From: Bacteroidales bacterium
GTDB taxonomy: Bacteria; Bacteroidota; Bacteroidia; Bacteroidales; UBA1402
Length of the DNA: 45,008 nt
Assembly: GCA_017958305.1 (NCBI GenBank)
Contig: JAGDCW010000144.1
Span: 1-45,008, forward strand
Direction: 5' to 3'
Each line of letters begins with the position of its first letter. Positions within the stretch are counted from its first letter, which is position 1. The notes beneath the pieces were generated by a model, which was not told where the DNA came from, did no database searches, and worked only from the letters and a program-made list of their open reading frames with translations. Positions 9,234 through 19,146 of this stretch are shown piece after piece. The translations under genes and the position numbers were made by a program.

Positions 9234-12200
9234 ATGAGGAAGAGTATAGCAAAATACGGCATGATGATGTTGCTCTCATGCCTGTTCACTCTGACAGTGT
9301 CGGCTCAGACCAATACCGCCAACATTGTGCGAGGCAAGGTGACAGCCAAAGAGGACGGCGAGCCGCTGATTTCCGTCACTGTGACTGAAATCGATGCGAG
9401 CAACCGTATCTATGCCGTAACGGTGACCAACTACGACGGTGAATACGTCCTTCAGGTGAACAATCGCGCCAATAAGCTGAAGTTCAGATACATGGGATTT
9501 GAGGACCTGGAGATTCCCATCGGTGAGCAGAAAGTGATCAATGCTTCCATGGCGGAAAAGAGCACATTGATAGACGACGTCGTCATCACGGCCAAGGCCA
9601 TGACCAACACCGGTGTGTTCAACATTCCCCAGCGAGAGGTGTCCATGTCCATGCAGAAGATCGATGCCGAGGAATTCGAAGGTATCTCGGTGGCCTCCAT
9701 CGACGATGCCTTGCAAGGCCAGATCGCCGGTTTGGACATTGTCAATGTCTCGGGTGAGCCCGGTGCCGGTATGTCGATGCGTATCCGCGGTACCACTTCG
9801 CTGAATGCGACCAACGAACCGCTGATTGTGGTCAACGATGTGATTTTCAATACGCAGATTGATGCCGACTTCGACTTTGCCACGGCCAACGAAGAGCAAT
9901 ACGCCCAGTTGATCAGTGTGGCTCCGGACGATATCGCCACCATCACGGTATTGAAGGATGCCGCCGCCACGGCCATGTGGGGTACGCGAGGCGCCAACGG
10001 TGTGCTGTTGATCACCACCAAGCGTGGTAAAAAAGGACCGACCCGTGTCAGCTACTCCTATTCTTATACGCGCAAGCGCCAGCCCAAGGGCATGAACATG
10101 CTGAATGGCGACGACTACACCATGCTCATGAAGCAGTCGTATTACAACCCTGATTTGAATCCTTCGGCATCCGACATCCCGGAATTCAACTACGATACCA
10201 ACTTCACGGAATACGAGAACTACAACAACAACACCGATTGGCGTGAAGAAGTGAGCCGCATCGCCCGTGTGCACGACAACCAGCTGACTGTCTCGGGTGG
10301 TGGTGAAAGCGTCACTTTCCGTGTGTCGGCCGGCTACTACACCGAAACCGGTACGGTCATCGGCCAGTTGCTGAATCGTCTGAGTATGCGTTCCTCGATC
10401 GACTACGATGTGTCGAAACGCATCAAGTTCTCGGCCGACTTCGCCTATACCTACGCCGACAACGACAAGAACTATGAGAACCCGCTGGGTGTCGGTTACC
10501 AGAAGATGCCCAACCTGAGTGTCTATGCCCAGGACCTGGATGGCAACGACACGGATGTCTTCTATCATATCCGTACCGACTCCAAACTGGCCGATGCCCA
10601 GAAGAACTTGAGCAACCCGGTGGCCGTAGCCATGCTGGCCCGCAACAACCAGCGCAACTACCGTACTTCCCCGGCTTTCCACCTGCAGTATGAAATCCTC
10701 GATCCCCAGGTGACGGCCAGCTCTCTGAGACTGAAACTGTCGGCCTCCTTCGACATCAACGCTTCGCAAACCCGCACGTTCTTCCCCAAAGATGCCGCCA
10801 ATGCCATCTGGAGTGATGAAAGGAAGGTGAACCGCGCCGAAGGTTCCGACAGCGAGAGTACCAGCATATCGGGTGATGCCGACCTGTCGTTTGTGCCTGC
10901 CTTGAGCAATATCGACCACTCGGTACGCTTGAGTGCCAAGTTCAACATCTCGTCCGGTACGACCAACTCCATGGGTACGGCCGTGGCCGGTCTGCCTTCC
11001 CTGCTGATACAGTCTCCGTCGTCGGATGCCAACGCTGTTTCACTGAGCAACTCTTCGAAGGAGAATCCGCGTTCGCTGCGATGGAGCTGGAACTTCCACT
11101 ATGCCTACAAGGGCCGTTACATCGCCTCCGGTACGGTGGCTGTACAGAGCAGCTCCAAGTTTGGTAAGAACTTCAAGACGGGTTTGTTCCCGGCCATCTC
11201 CGGTAAGTGGATCATCAGTGACGAGCCTTTCTTCGGTTCTTTGAGAGACTTCATCTCCGAGGCCGGTTTCCGTTGGAGCTTCGGTTACAACGGTAACGAG
11301 CCGGGCGGCAGCTTCCTTTGGTTGAGCCGTTACGGCGAGTACCCCGAAAAATACATCGATATGACGGCGGTCCGTCCGTTGAACATGGTGCTGGCCAACC
11401 TGCGTTGGGAAAAGACCACCCAATTGAACGGCGGTCTCGACCTGCAGTTGCTGGACGGCAAGTACGATCTCGGTTTCGATGCCTATTACAAGCACACGAC
11501 CGATGCCTTGTTCAACAATGTGGGTATTTCCACTTACTCCGGCTACGCTGATATCAGTAGCTTGAACGACGGTACCATCGACAACCAGGGTTGGGAGTTG
11601 CACGGACGTGTCAGAGACCTGCTCCAGATTGGCAACGTCCGTATGGACCTGAGTTTCAACTTCTCCAACAACAAGAACACCATTGTTGAGTTGTCCGACG
11701 AAATCCTGGCCCGTTACAACAAGGATTACACTTACGACAATGCTTCCTATCTGACCCGTATCCAGGAAGGCAACCCGGTCGGCTCCATCTACGGTTTCGT
11801 CTATGAAGGCGTCTATGAGTACAACGAGTACGACCCGGCCCATCCCGAACACACCTGCCCCATCGTTCGCAACGAAAAGGGCGAGCCGGTGTTCGATGCC
11901 GAGGGCAATACCAAGCCGATGTATTTCGCCTATGGCAACTCGGCCGCCTATCAGTTCAAGGCCGGCGACGCCATCTATCGCGACATCAACCACGACGGCA
12001 GTATCGACGAACTGGATATTGTCTATCTGGGCAACTCCCTGCCTGTCGTCACCGGTGGCTTTGGCTTGAACTTCCGTTGGAAACGTCTTTCGTTCAACGC
12101 TTTCTTCAACTATCGTTACGGCAACAAGGTGGTCAATATGGCCCGTCTGAATGCCGAAAGCATGCGCGGCAACGACAACCAGAGTATCGCTGTCAACTGG

Positions 12201-12530
12201 CGTTGGCGTAAGGAAGGCGACCAGACGGAGATGCCTCGTGCCCTTTACAACTACGGCTACAACTCCCTGGGTAGCGACCGTTATGTGGAGGATGCTTCCT
12301 TCTTGCGCTTCAAGTATATGACGTTCAACTACACGGTACCTCGTGAAATGCTCACTCCGCTGAAGCTCAATTCCATGAGCCTGTATCTGTCTATCCAGAA
12401 CGTTGCCGTGTTCACCAAATATACGGGTGTGGATCCCGAGGTGGGTGCCGCCAGTACGTCGGTGGCCACCGACTCGAGCAAGACACCGCGTTCGAAAGAT
12501 ATATTGTTCCGTTTGAGACTGGGCTTCTAA
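9234..12530 (+). CDS. SusC/RagA family TonB-dependent transporter (copy 1)
   Basis: Signal peptide, N-terminal extension domain, plug motifs IRGTTSL...EPLIVVND and LKDAAATAMWGTRGANGVLLITTKRG, LRWEKT, YVEDASFLRFK, YTGVDPEV, C-terminal LRLGF. Confidence 0.96.
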   Translation: MRKSIAKYGMMMLLSCLFTLTVSAQTNTANIVRGKVTAKEDGEPLISVTVTEIDASNRIYAVTVTNYDGEYVLQVNNRANKLKFRYMGFEDLEIPIGEQKVINASMAEKSTLIDDVVITAKAMTNTGVFNIPQREVSMSMQKIDAEEFEGISVASIDDALQGQIAGLDIVNVSGEPGAGMSMRIRGTTSLNATNEPLIVVNDVIFNTQIDADFDFATANEEQYAQLISVAPDDIATITVLKDAAATAMWGTRGANGVLLITTKRGKKGPTRVSYSYSYTRKRQPKGMNMLNGDDYTMLMKQSYYNPDLNPSASDIPEFNYDTNFTEYENYNNNTDWREEVSRIARVHDNQLTVSGGGESVTFRVSAGYYTETGTVIGQLLNRLSMRSSIDYDVSKRIKFSADFAYTYADNDKNYENPLGVGYQKMPNLSVYAQDLDGNDTDVFYHIRTDSKLADAQKNLSNPVAVAMLARNNQRNYRTSPAFHLQYEILDPQVTASSLRLKLSASFDINASQTRTFFPKDAANAIWSDERKVNRAEGSDSESTSISGDADLSFVPALSNIDHSVRLSAKFNISSGTTNSMGTAVAGLPSLLIQSPSSDANAVSLSNSSKENPRSLRWSWNFHYAYKGRYIASGTVAVQSSSKFGKNFKTGLFPAISGKWIISDEPFFGSLRDFISEAGFRWSFGYNGNEPGGSFLWLSRYGEYPEKYIDMTAVRPLNMVLANLRWEKTTQLNGGLDLQLLDGKYDLGFDAYYKHTTDALFNNVGISTYSGYADISSLNDGTIDNQGWELHGRVRDLLQIGNVRMDLSFNFSNNKNTIVELSDEILARYNKDYTYDNASYLTRIQEGNPVGSIYGFVYEGVYEYNEYDPAHPEHTCPIVRNEKGEPVFDAEGNTKPMYFAYGNSAAYQFKAGDAIYRDINHDGSIDELDIVYLGNSLPVVTGGFGLNFRWKRLSFNAFFNYRYGNKVVNMARLNAESMRGNDNQSIAVNWRWRKEGDQTEMPRALYNYGYNSLGSDRYVEDASFLRFKYMTFNYTVPREMLTPLKLNSMSLYLSIQNVAVFTKYTGVDPEVGAASTSVATDSSKTPRSKDILFRLRLGF

Positions 12531-12542
12531 CAATCAAAGAAT

Positions 12543-14183
12543 ATGAAAAAGACATTACATAAGATTGGTTTGGCACTGTCGGCTCTGGTGCTGACCGTTG
12601 GAATGGGTTCCTGTACCGATTGGTTGCTGGTCTATCCCGAAGGCGAGACCCTTTTGGAGGATTACTGGAAAACGGGTGCGGACATTGAAAAAGTGGTGGC
12701 TGCTTGCTATAGATCCATGCAGGAGAGTGACTGGATTGTCAATTCTGTTGTTTGGGGTGAACTCCGCAGCGACAACCTGACTGCCGCCGAGACCGCCTCC
12801 GAAGACCTCAAGTCGCTGGTCGATGTCAATATCCTGACGACCAATTCCTACACGAACTGGGCCCCCTTCTATGTCACCATCAACTATGCCAATACCGTGT
12901 TGCACTATGCACCGGGTGTGATGGAGGAAGACAAGAACCTGACGCTCTCCCAGATGAATGCCTATCGTGCGGAGGCTTTGGCCATCCGGGCTTTCAGTTA
13001 TTTCTACCTGGTCCGTGCTTTCAGGGACGTCCCCTTTGTCACGCACCCCACCATTGACGACTCTGAAGGCTTCAACCTGGCCAAGACCCCCGGTCACCTG
13101 ATCCTGGACACCTTGATCATGAATCTGAAGGAGGCCAAGCTGTACGCCCGTACCTCCTTCGGTGCCAGCAAGGCCCATAACAAGGGCCGCTTCACCCAGC
13201 AGTCGATCCGCGCATTGCTGGCAGACATCTATCTTTGGCAGGCCAGTGGCATAGGTACGGATTCCCTGCCCGAGGCCAAGGCCCGTGAATATTGGGAAGC
13301 CTGTGTCAAGGAATGCCAGGAATTCCAGGATTATGAAGCCAAACTTCCGGTGACAGCGCAGTCGTATTTGGCTGAAATCGATTATGTGCTTCAAGATGTG
13401 TTCAACCGCGGCAATTCGCCGGAGTCTGTCTTCGAATTGCAATACAGTTACGATGCCGGTCTGAAGAATTCGTCTGTCACGAGTCTGTATGGCAGCAGCA
13501 GTGTAAAACCCATGGCGGTTGTCACTTCAATTTTGAATCCGTCCAATTCGGGCGTTTTCCCGATGACCACCACGGACATGAGAAAATTCTACTTTGTGCG
13601 TCCTGCCGACGGAGGTGCCTGCAATGTCGCCAAATATACCTGTAACAGTGTCACATCCACCGGCGATGGCAATTATACCTACAGCACATCCGATCAAGAG
13701 TATCTGAATTGGGTGTTCTACCGCTTGGCCGATATCTATTTGATGAAGGCCGAAGCGCTGGTGGAATTGTCCACTTCCACTTCCGATCCCAGGATGGAGG
13801 AGGCCATCGTGGAATTGAACCGCACCTACAAGCGTGCCAATCCCGATATGAACCGCAATGACACCCTGAGTCTCTCCATGTACTCTTCCGTAGAGCAAAT
13901 GCGTCAGTTGGTACTGGACGAAAGACGGCGGGAACTGATGTTCGAAGGCAAGCGCTGGTTCGACTTGGTGCGTCATTCCCGTCGTTTGAACAGCACGGAA
14001 GACCTAAAGCAGGAGCTGTACACCAAATTTGACGGCTCGGCCGACCGCACCCTGGCCTTCAGCAAGCTGACCACCCAGGATGCTTTGTACATGCCGATCA
14101 ACGAAGAGGAAGTCAAGAACAACAAGCTGCTGGAGCAGAACCCTTTCTACGGGCTTAGTTCTAATGTAACCACAAGTAATTAA
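12543..14183 (+). CDS. SusD/RagB family lipoprotein (copy 1)
   Basis: Lipobox GMGS-C, GELRSD, EALAIRAFSYFYLVRAFRDVP, YRLADIYLMKAEA, ERRRELMFEGKRWFDLVR, QNPFY. Confidence 0.95.
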   Translation: MKKTLHKIGLALSALVLTVGMGSCTDWLLVYPEGETLLEDYWKTGADIEKVVAACYRSMQESDWIVNSVVWGELRSDNLTAAETASEDLKSLVDVNILTTNSYTNWAPFYVTINYANTVLHYAPGVMEEDKNLTLSQMNAYRAEALAIRAFSYFYLVRAFRDVPFVTHPTIDDSEGFNLAKTPGHLILDTLIMNLKEAKLYARTSFGASKAHNKGRFTQQSIRALLADIYLWQASGIGTDSLPEAKAREYWEACVKECQEFQDYEAKLPVTAQSYLAEIDYVLQDVFNRGNSPESVFELQYSYDAGLKNSSVTSLYGSSSVKPMAVVTSILNPSNSGVFPMTTTDMRKFYFVRPADGGACNVAKYTCNSVTSTGDGNYTYSTSDQEYLNWVFYRLADIYLMKAEALVELSTSTSDPRMEEAIVELNRTYKRANPDMNRNDTLSLSMYSSVEQMRQLVLDERRRELMFEGKRWFDLVRHSRRLNSTEDLKQELYTKFDGSADRTLAFSKLTTQDALYMPINEEEVKNNKLLEQNPFYGLSSNVTTSN

Positions 14184-15895
14184 TGTCATCCGATATGAAG
14201 AGATTATTTCAATCCGTATTGTGTCTGTCGGTGCTGGCAGGTGTGGCAGCCTGCTCCAATCCCGACTGGAACGAGCACTATGCTTCCCATGTGGACGGTG
14301 TGTTGGAAGAAACAGTTTTGGAGGCTTTGGAGAATGAACCTTCCGTGTCTTCCTTCCTTAGTCTGCTGAAGGAAACCGGTCAGCAGGACCTGCTGTCGCG
14401 CAGCCAGAGTTTCACCGTATGGGCGCCGAACAACGCCGCCATGGCAACGGCCAATCTGACGACCGATTACGACAAGAGGGTTTTCGTATTGAACCATATT
14501 TCCCGCTTCCCCTTCACGACCACCAATATCGACAACGGAGAAGTCAAGATCCGTATGATGGACAACAAGCGTGTCGTGTTCTCTCAGCAGGGCAGTGATT
14601 TCTATTTCGGTGAGAATCGTCTGATCACCAAGGATATGGCCTTGAAAAACGGCATCCTTCACATCATTGACGGTTATGTGCCTTACAGCCGCAGCATCTG
14701 GGAATTCATCCAGTTCACCCCGGGCTTCGATTCGATCGCCACATACTTCGCCAAAGGTGACTATCGCGAATTCGACGAAGAAAACAGTGAGGTTTTGACC
14801 ATCGTCAATGGCCAGTCTGTCTATGACTCCATTTTCATTGAACGCAACGAACGTTTGCATCCGGTAGGCCAGATCAAGGACGAAGACTCGATCTACACCA
14901 TGATTGTGCCCACCAACGAGGCGTGGACCACCATCATCGACAGTCTGCGCCCCTACAACCACTACAGCCCCTATACGGTGGAGCGCAACAAGCGGACCGG
15001 AGATTATGAGTATGTCAAGGAAGATCCGGCTGTCACCGATTCTTTGGAAAAGCAGAACATCTACGACCTGGTGACCGGACGTCTCTGTTTCAAGGGCGCC
15101 TATACGGCTGCCGATCTGCAGACGGTCGAACGCATCGAGTTCGCCGGTCGCCGTGAGGGCCAGAACAGCATAGCGGCTTTGAGAAATCCCGCCTACTATT
15201 TCGAGGGAATGAACGATACAGTTGTCAGCAACGGTGTCGTGTTCATAGCCAATGAGCTCCATTTCCCCACCTCTTTCTGGCGTTCGACCTTCACCAAGGA
15301 AGCAGAAAAGGCCAACAGCAAGTTCCCGCGGAGTTACGACACGATGCAGGACGATGAAAAAGATCAGGTCACGGTCGAGCAGGATGCACGCAGTATCTAT
15401 GTGCTCAGATCGGACGGCACCAATTCCTCCTGGCTGAATGACAGGATTTCAGGCCACAGTTATATCCAGGTAGTGGGCAATTATCCCGCTGCCCGTCCGG
15501 TAATCGACTTCAATTGTCATGACAGGACCCAGCGGAGTACCTCCTATAACATCTACTGTGTATTCCTGCCACGCAATGTCTCGCGTCGGGATATGGATTC
15601 TTCGCTGCTGTTGCCCACCAAGGTGACGTTCAGGGTCTCCTATACCAACCCTGAGGACGGCAGTCCCTTCGACAAGGAATACAGAACTCCGAGAACCACC
15701 AATCCCTACGATATCGACACGATGTGTGTGACACAGGATGCCCTTGGCAATCCCCAGCCCATCACATTCCCCTATGGCACGGACAATATCTATCTTCGTG
15801 TGTCTTCGGCCGTGGGCGGTGCAGATGAACTGAGTTCGTTCATCACCGATATGTACATTGACGAGATTATTTTCCAACCTGTAGAAAACGAATAA
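14183..15895 (+). CDS. Surface lipoprotein with two fasciclin (FAS1)-like domains and a C-terminal beta-rich domain
   Basis: TAATG overlap with susD (alternative start 14195). Lipobox VAA-C-SNPDWNEHY. Motif pairs FTVWAPNNAAM/NGILHIIDGYV and YTMIVPTNEAW/NGVVFIANEL. Confidence 0.85.
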   Translation: MSSDMKRLFQSVLCLSVLAGVAACSNPDWNEHYASHVDGVLEETVLEALENEPSVSSFLSLLKETGQQDLLSRSQSFTVWAPNNAAMATANLTTDYDKRVFVLNHISRFPFTTTNIDNGEVKIRMMDNKRVVFSQQGSDFYFGENRLITKDMALKNGILHIIDGYVPYSRSIWEFIQFTPGFDSIATYFAKGDYREFDEENSEVLTIVNGQSVYDSIFIERNERLHPVGQIKDEDSIYTMIVPTNEAWTTIIDSLRPYNHYSPYTVERNKRTGDYEYVKEDPAVTDSLEKQNIYDLVTGRLCFKGAYTAADLQTVERIEFAGRREGQNSIAALRNPAYYFEGMNDTVVSNGVVFIANELHFPTSFWRSTFTKEAEKANSKFPRSYDTMQDDEKDQVTVEQDARSIYVLRSDGTNSSWLNDRISGHSYIQVVGNYPAARPVIDFNCHDRTQRSTSYNIYCVFLPRNVSRRDMDSSLLLPTKVTFRVSYTNPEDGSPFDKEYRTPRTTNPYDIDTMCVTQDALGNPQPITFPYGTDNIYLRVSSAVGGADELSSFITDMYIDEIIFQPVENE

Positions 15896-15907
15896 ATACT
15901 TTAGCAT

Positions 15908-18900
15908 ATGAAGACGATTGTACGAATGCTGGCTTTGGCTGTGTCGCTGACACTCCTGGCTTTGCCGAAGGCTCAGGCCCAAACGGCGGCTCAGGCGGAT
16001 TCTTCAGTGACCATCCGCGGTATAGTCTTGGACGAGGCCACCGGACAGCCCATCAACGCTGCTACTGTCAGAATGAAGAGCATAGCGGTCTATACCAACG
16101 AGAGCGGAGAGTTCACGTTGAAGACCAAGCAGCCTTCGACCATGATGGAAGTGACGGCTCCGGGCTATGACCGTCGGTACATTGAACGCCGTGGCCGTGA
16201 TTTTGTCCGCATCTATCTGGTGGTGGCACAGCTGTCCAACCCGATGGGCGCCAAGGGACAAGTCGAGGTGGTGACCAAGGAGCTGATTCCCGAAGGAACG
16301 GCTGTCAGTACCGTGGAGGATATATCGCTTTATACCCCTATGCAGACCATCGACCGCATTCTGGAAACCCGTTTGGGCACCATCCGTACCATCAACCGTT
16401 CCGGTTTGGATGATATCGGCTCTTTGATGTATATCCGCGGTATCAATTCGCTCAATTCCGAGTCGCAGCCCCTGGTCGTCGTCGATGGCGTCATCATGGA
16501 GTCGTACGCGGACTATGAGTCGGTTCACGACGGATACTTCGCCAATTACCTGGCCAATCTCGACATGCAGGATATCCAGACCATCACCGTCATCAAGGAT
16601 GCTTCCTCGCTCTACGGAACGAAGGCCGCCAATGGTGTGATCCTGATTGAAACCGGTCGAAGCAAGGATGTGGTGACCAAGATCCTGGTCAACGCCGTGG
16701 CCGGCACTTCGCTCAAGCCCGGCACCATTCCTACGCTCGATGCCGAACAGAGCCGTCAGTTGTTCAGTGAATTGTACAAGGATTCGCCCTATTCGGCCGA
16801 TGAGGTAAGCAAGATGCCTGTCTTTAACGAGGACCCGAATTTCCTGTATTACAACAAGTATCATAACAATACCGACTGGTCGAGCTACATTTATCGCAAC
16901 CACGGTCTCCATCAGAACTACAGCGCCCGTGCCACCGGTGGCGATGCCGTCGGTATGTATGCCTTGTCGGTGGGTTATGTCGGCAACAAAGGTACGTTGG
17001 ACGGGACGGATTTCTCCCATTTGACTTTCCGTTTCAATTCCGATCTGGAAATTGCCAAGAATGTCACCACGGCGGTGGACTTCACCATCAGCAGTATCAA
17101 TGCGGAAACCCGTAACGACGGTATGAATTCAACGACGTCTCCCTACTACCTGAGTCAGGTCAAGTCGCCTGTGTTCCACCCATATCAGTATTCGAAATCT
17201 TCCGAAGACAGAAGTACGCTCACCTCTTTCTATGAAGAGGCCGACGACTTGGGTATCAACAACCCGCTGCCGGTTCAGGAGGAGTCGGAGATGGGCTCCG
17301 ACATGACCAACTTCATGGCCCTGCTCCGTCCGAACTGGAAATTGAACAATAGCTTTACCTTGAACGGTTTGGCCGGTTACCAGTTGGATAAGATGTATGA
17401 ATACTATTTCACGCCTCATGCCGGTGTCGCTCCCTTTGTGAATATGGCCGACGGCCATTACGAAGTGTACGCGAACGAGGTCAAGGCCCAGAACATGCGT
17501 GAGATACGCTACACCTTGGAAGCCCGCCTCAATTACCAGAAGCAGTTGGACGGTCACAACATCGCCGCCTTGCTGGGTTACCGTTTTATCAACAAGGACC
17601 GTAGCTGGACCCGTGCATCGGGTTACAATACCCCGGACGATGAACAGCGTTTCCTTACCACTTCGCTGATCCGCCGCAAGATGACAGGTGAAGACTTGCA
17701 TGTCAAGAACATCTCCTGGTTTGTCAACGGCAATTGGGACTACATGCAGAAGTATTTCCTCAACGCCGCGGTGTCGATGGATGCCTCGTCGCGTTTCGGT
17801 ACTGAAATCGAAAAGGGCGCCTTGAAACTGTTCGGCGTCAATTGGGGCTTCTTCCCCTCGGTGTCGGGTGCCTGGCAGATTTCTTCGGAAGACTTCATGG
17901 CCAATGCCGAGCTGATCGAGTTGCTCAAGTTGCGTGTCAGCACCGGTATCACCGGTAACGACGACATCCCGGATTATATGTCCAAGCCCTATTTCGTTTC
18001 GCACAGTTATATTGAGAAGGCCAATGGCTTGGTTCTGGGCAATTTGGGTAATCCTGGATTGAAATGGGAAACGACCGTCAAGAACAATGTCGGTTTGGAT
18101 CTCGCCTTGCTGAAGAACCGGGTTTCCCTGTCGGCCGACTTTTATCGTCACCACACCTACGACTTGCTGGTGCTGAAATCATTGGATCCCATCGCCGGTT
18201 TCGACACTTATTGGGCCAACGACGGCGAAATGACCAATACCGGTTTTGAACTGGCTTTGAACACCCGTCTGGTCAACACCCGTGATTTCCGCTGGGAAGC
18301 CACGGCTACGGTTTCCAAATACAAGAACCAGGTGACCCGCCTGGCCGACGGCGCTTTCTCGACCACGGCCTATGATGCGGAGATCAGGACCATGGAAAAT
18401 CAGCCGATAGGCGTGTTCTACGGCTACAAGTTCAAGGGAGTCTATGCTTCCGACGCAGTGGCTTCCACCGCCTATACCAAGACCGATGGCACCCGCGACT
18501 ACTATTACAACAAGTTTGACAATGGTTCGACCGCCCCTGTCAAGGCCGGTAATGCCATCTTCGAGGATATCAACGGCCCCACGGGCACACCCGACGGTAT
18601 CATCGACGAATACGACAAGACCATCATCGGCGACCCCAATCCGGATTTTTACGGCATGCTGTCCAGTAGCCTTTCCTACAAGGATCTGACGTTGACGGCT
18701 GTATTCAACTACTCCTTGGGCAATGATGTCTATAACTACCATCGTCGCGTCATGGAGTCGATGAGTACGCTCAACAACCAGTCGTTGGCCGTGATCAACC
18801 GCTGGCGTGCCGACGGACAGGTGACCGATATGCCTCAGGCTGTCTATGGCGACCCGATGGGCAATGCCCGCTTCTCGAGCCGTTGGATAGAGGATGGTTC

Positions 18901-19129
18901 CTACATCCGTCTGAAGACGGTCCGCCTGGCTTGGGATGTTCCCTACAAGATTCCGTTCCTGAACGACCTGACGGTATGGGCTTCGGCCAACAACCTGTGG
19001 ATGTACACCAAATACCTGGGTCGGGATCCGGAGACATCCGTTTCCAACAATCCTTTGTTCCAGGGCATAGACGCTGGTCTGCATCCCCAGTGCAAGTCCT
19101 TCATTCTCGGTTTTAAACTCAATCTGTAA
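15908..19129 (+). CDS. SusC/RagA family TonB-dependent transporter (copy 2)
   Basis: Signal peptide, IRGINSL...QPLVVVDG, IKDASSLYGTKAANGVILIET, LKWETT, SSRWIEDGSYIRLK, YLGRDPE. Confidence 0.95.
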   Translation: MKTIVRMLALAVSLTLLALPKAQAQTAAQADSSVTIRGIVLDEATGQPINAATVRMKSIAVYTNESGEFTLKTKQPSTMMEVTAPGYDRRYIERRGRDFVRIYLVVAQLSNPMGAKGQVEVVTKELIPEGTAVSTVEDISLYTPMQTIDRILETRLGTIRTINRSGLDDIGSLMYIRGINSLNSESQPLVVVDGVIMESYADYESVHDGYFANYLANLDMQDIQTITVIKDASSLYGTKAANGVILIETGRSKDVVTKILVNAVAGTSLKPGTIPTLDAEQSRQLFSELYKDSPYSADEVSKMPVFNEDPNFLYYNKYHNNTDWSSYIYRNHGLHQNYSARATGGDAVGMYALSVGYVGNKGTLDGTDFSHLTFRFNSDLEIAKNVTTAVDFTISSINAETRNDGMNSTTSPYYLSQVKSPVFHPYQYSKSSEDRSTLTSFYEEADDLGINNPLPVQEESEMGSDMTNFMALLRPNWKLNNSFTLNGLAGYQLDKMYEYYFTPHAGVAPFVNMADGHYEVYANEVKAQNMREIRYTLEARLNYQKQLDGHNIAALLGYRFINKDRSWTRASGYNTPDDEQRFLTTSLIRRKMTGEDLHVKNISWFVNGNWDYMQKYFLNAAVSMDASSRFGTEIEKGALKLFGVNWGFFPSVSGAWQISSEDFMANAELIELLKLRVSTGITGNDDIPDYMSKPYFVSHSYIEKANGLVLGNLGNPGLKWETTVKNNVGLDLALLKNRVSLSADFYRHHTYDLLVLKSLDPIAGFDTYWANDGEMTNTGFELALNTRLVNTRDFRWEATATVSKYKNQVTRLADGAFSTTAYDAEIRTMENQPIGVFYGYKFKGVYASDAVASTAYTKTDGTRDYYYNKFDNGSTAPVKAGNAIFEDINGPTGTPDGIIDEYDKTIIGDPNPDFYGMLSSSLSYKDLTLTAVFNYSLGNDVYNYHRRVMESMSTLNNQSLAVINRWRADGQVTDMPQAVYGDPMGNARFSSRWIEDGSYIRLKTVRLAWDVPYKIPFLNDLTVWASANNLWMYTKYLGRDPETSVSNNPLFQGIDAGLHPQCKSFILGFKLNL

Positions 19130-19146
19130 CTTCAACCATAGAGCAT

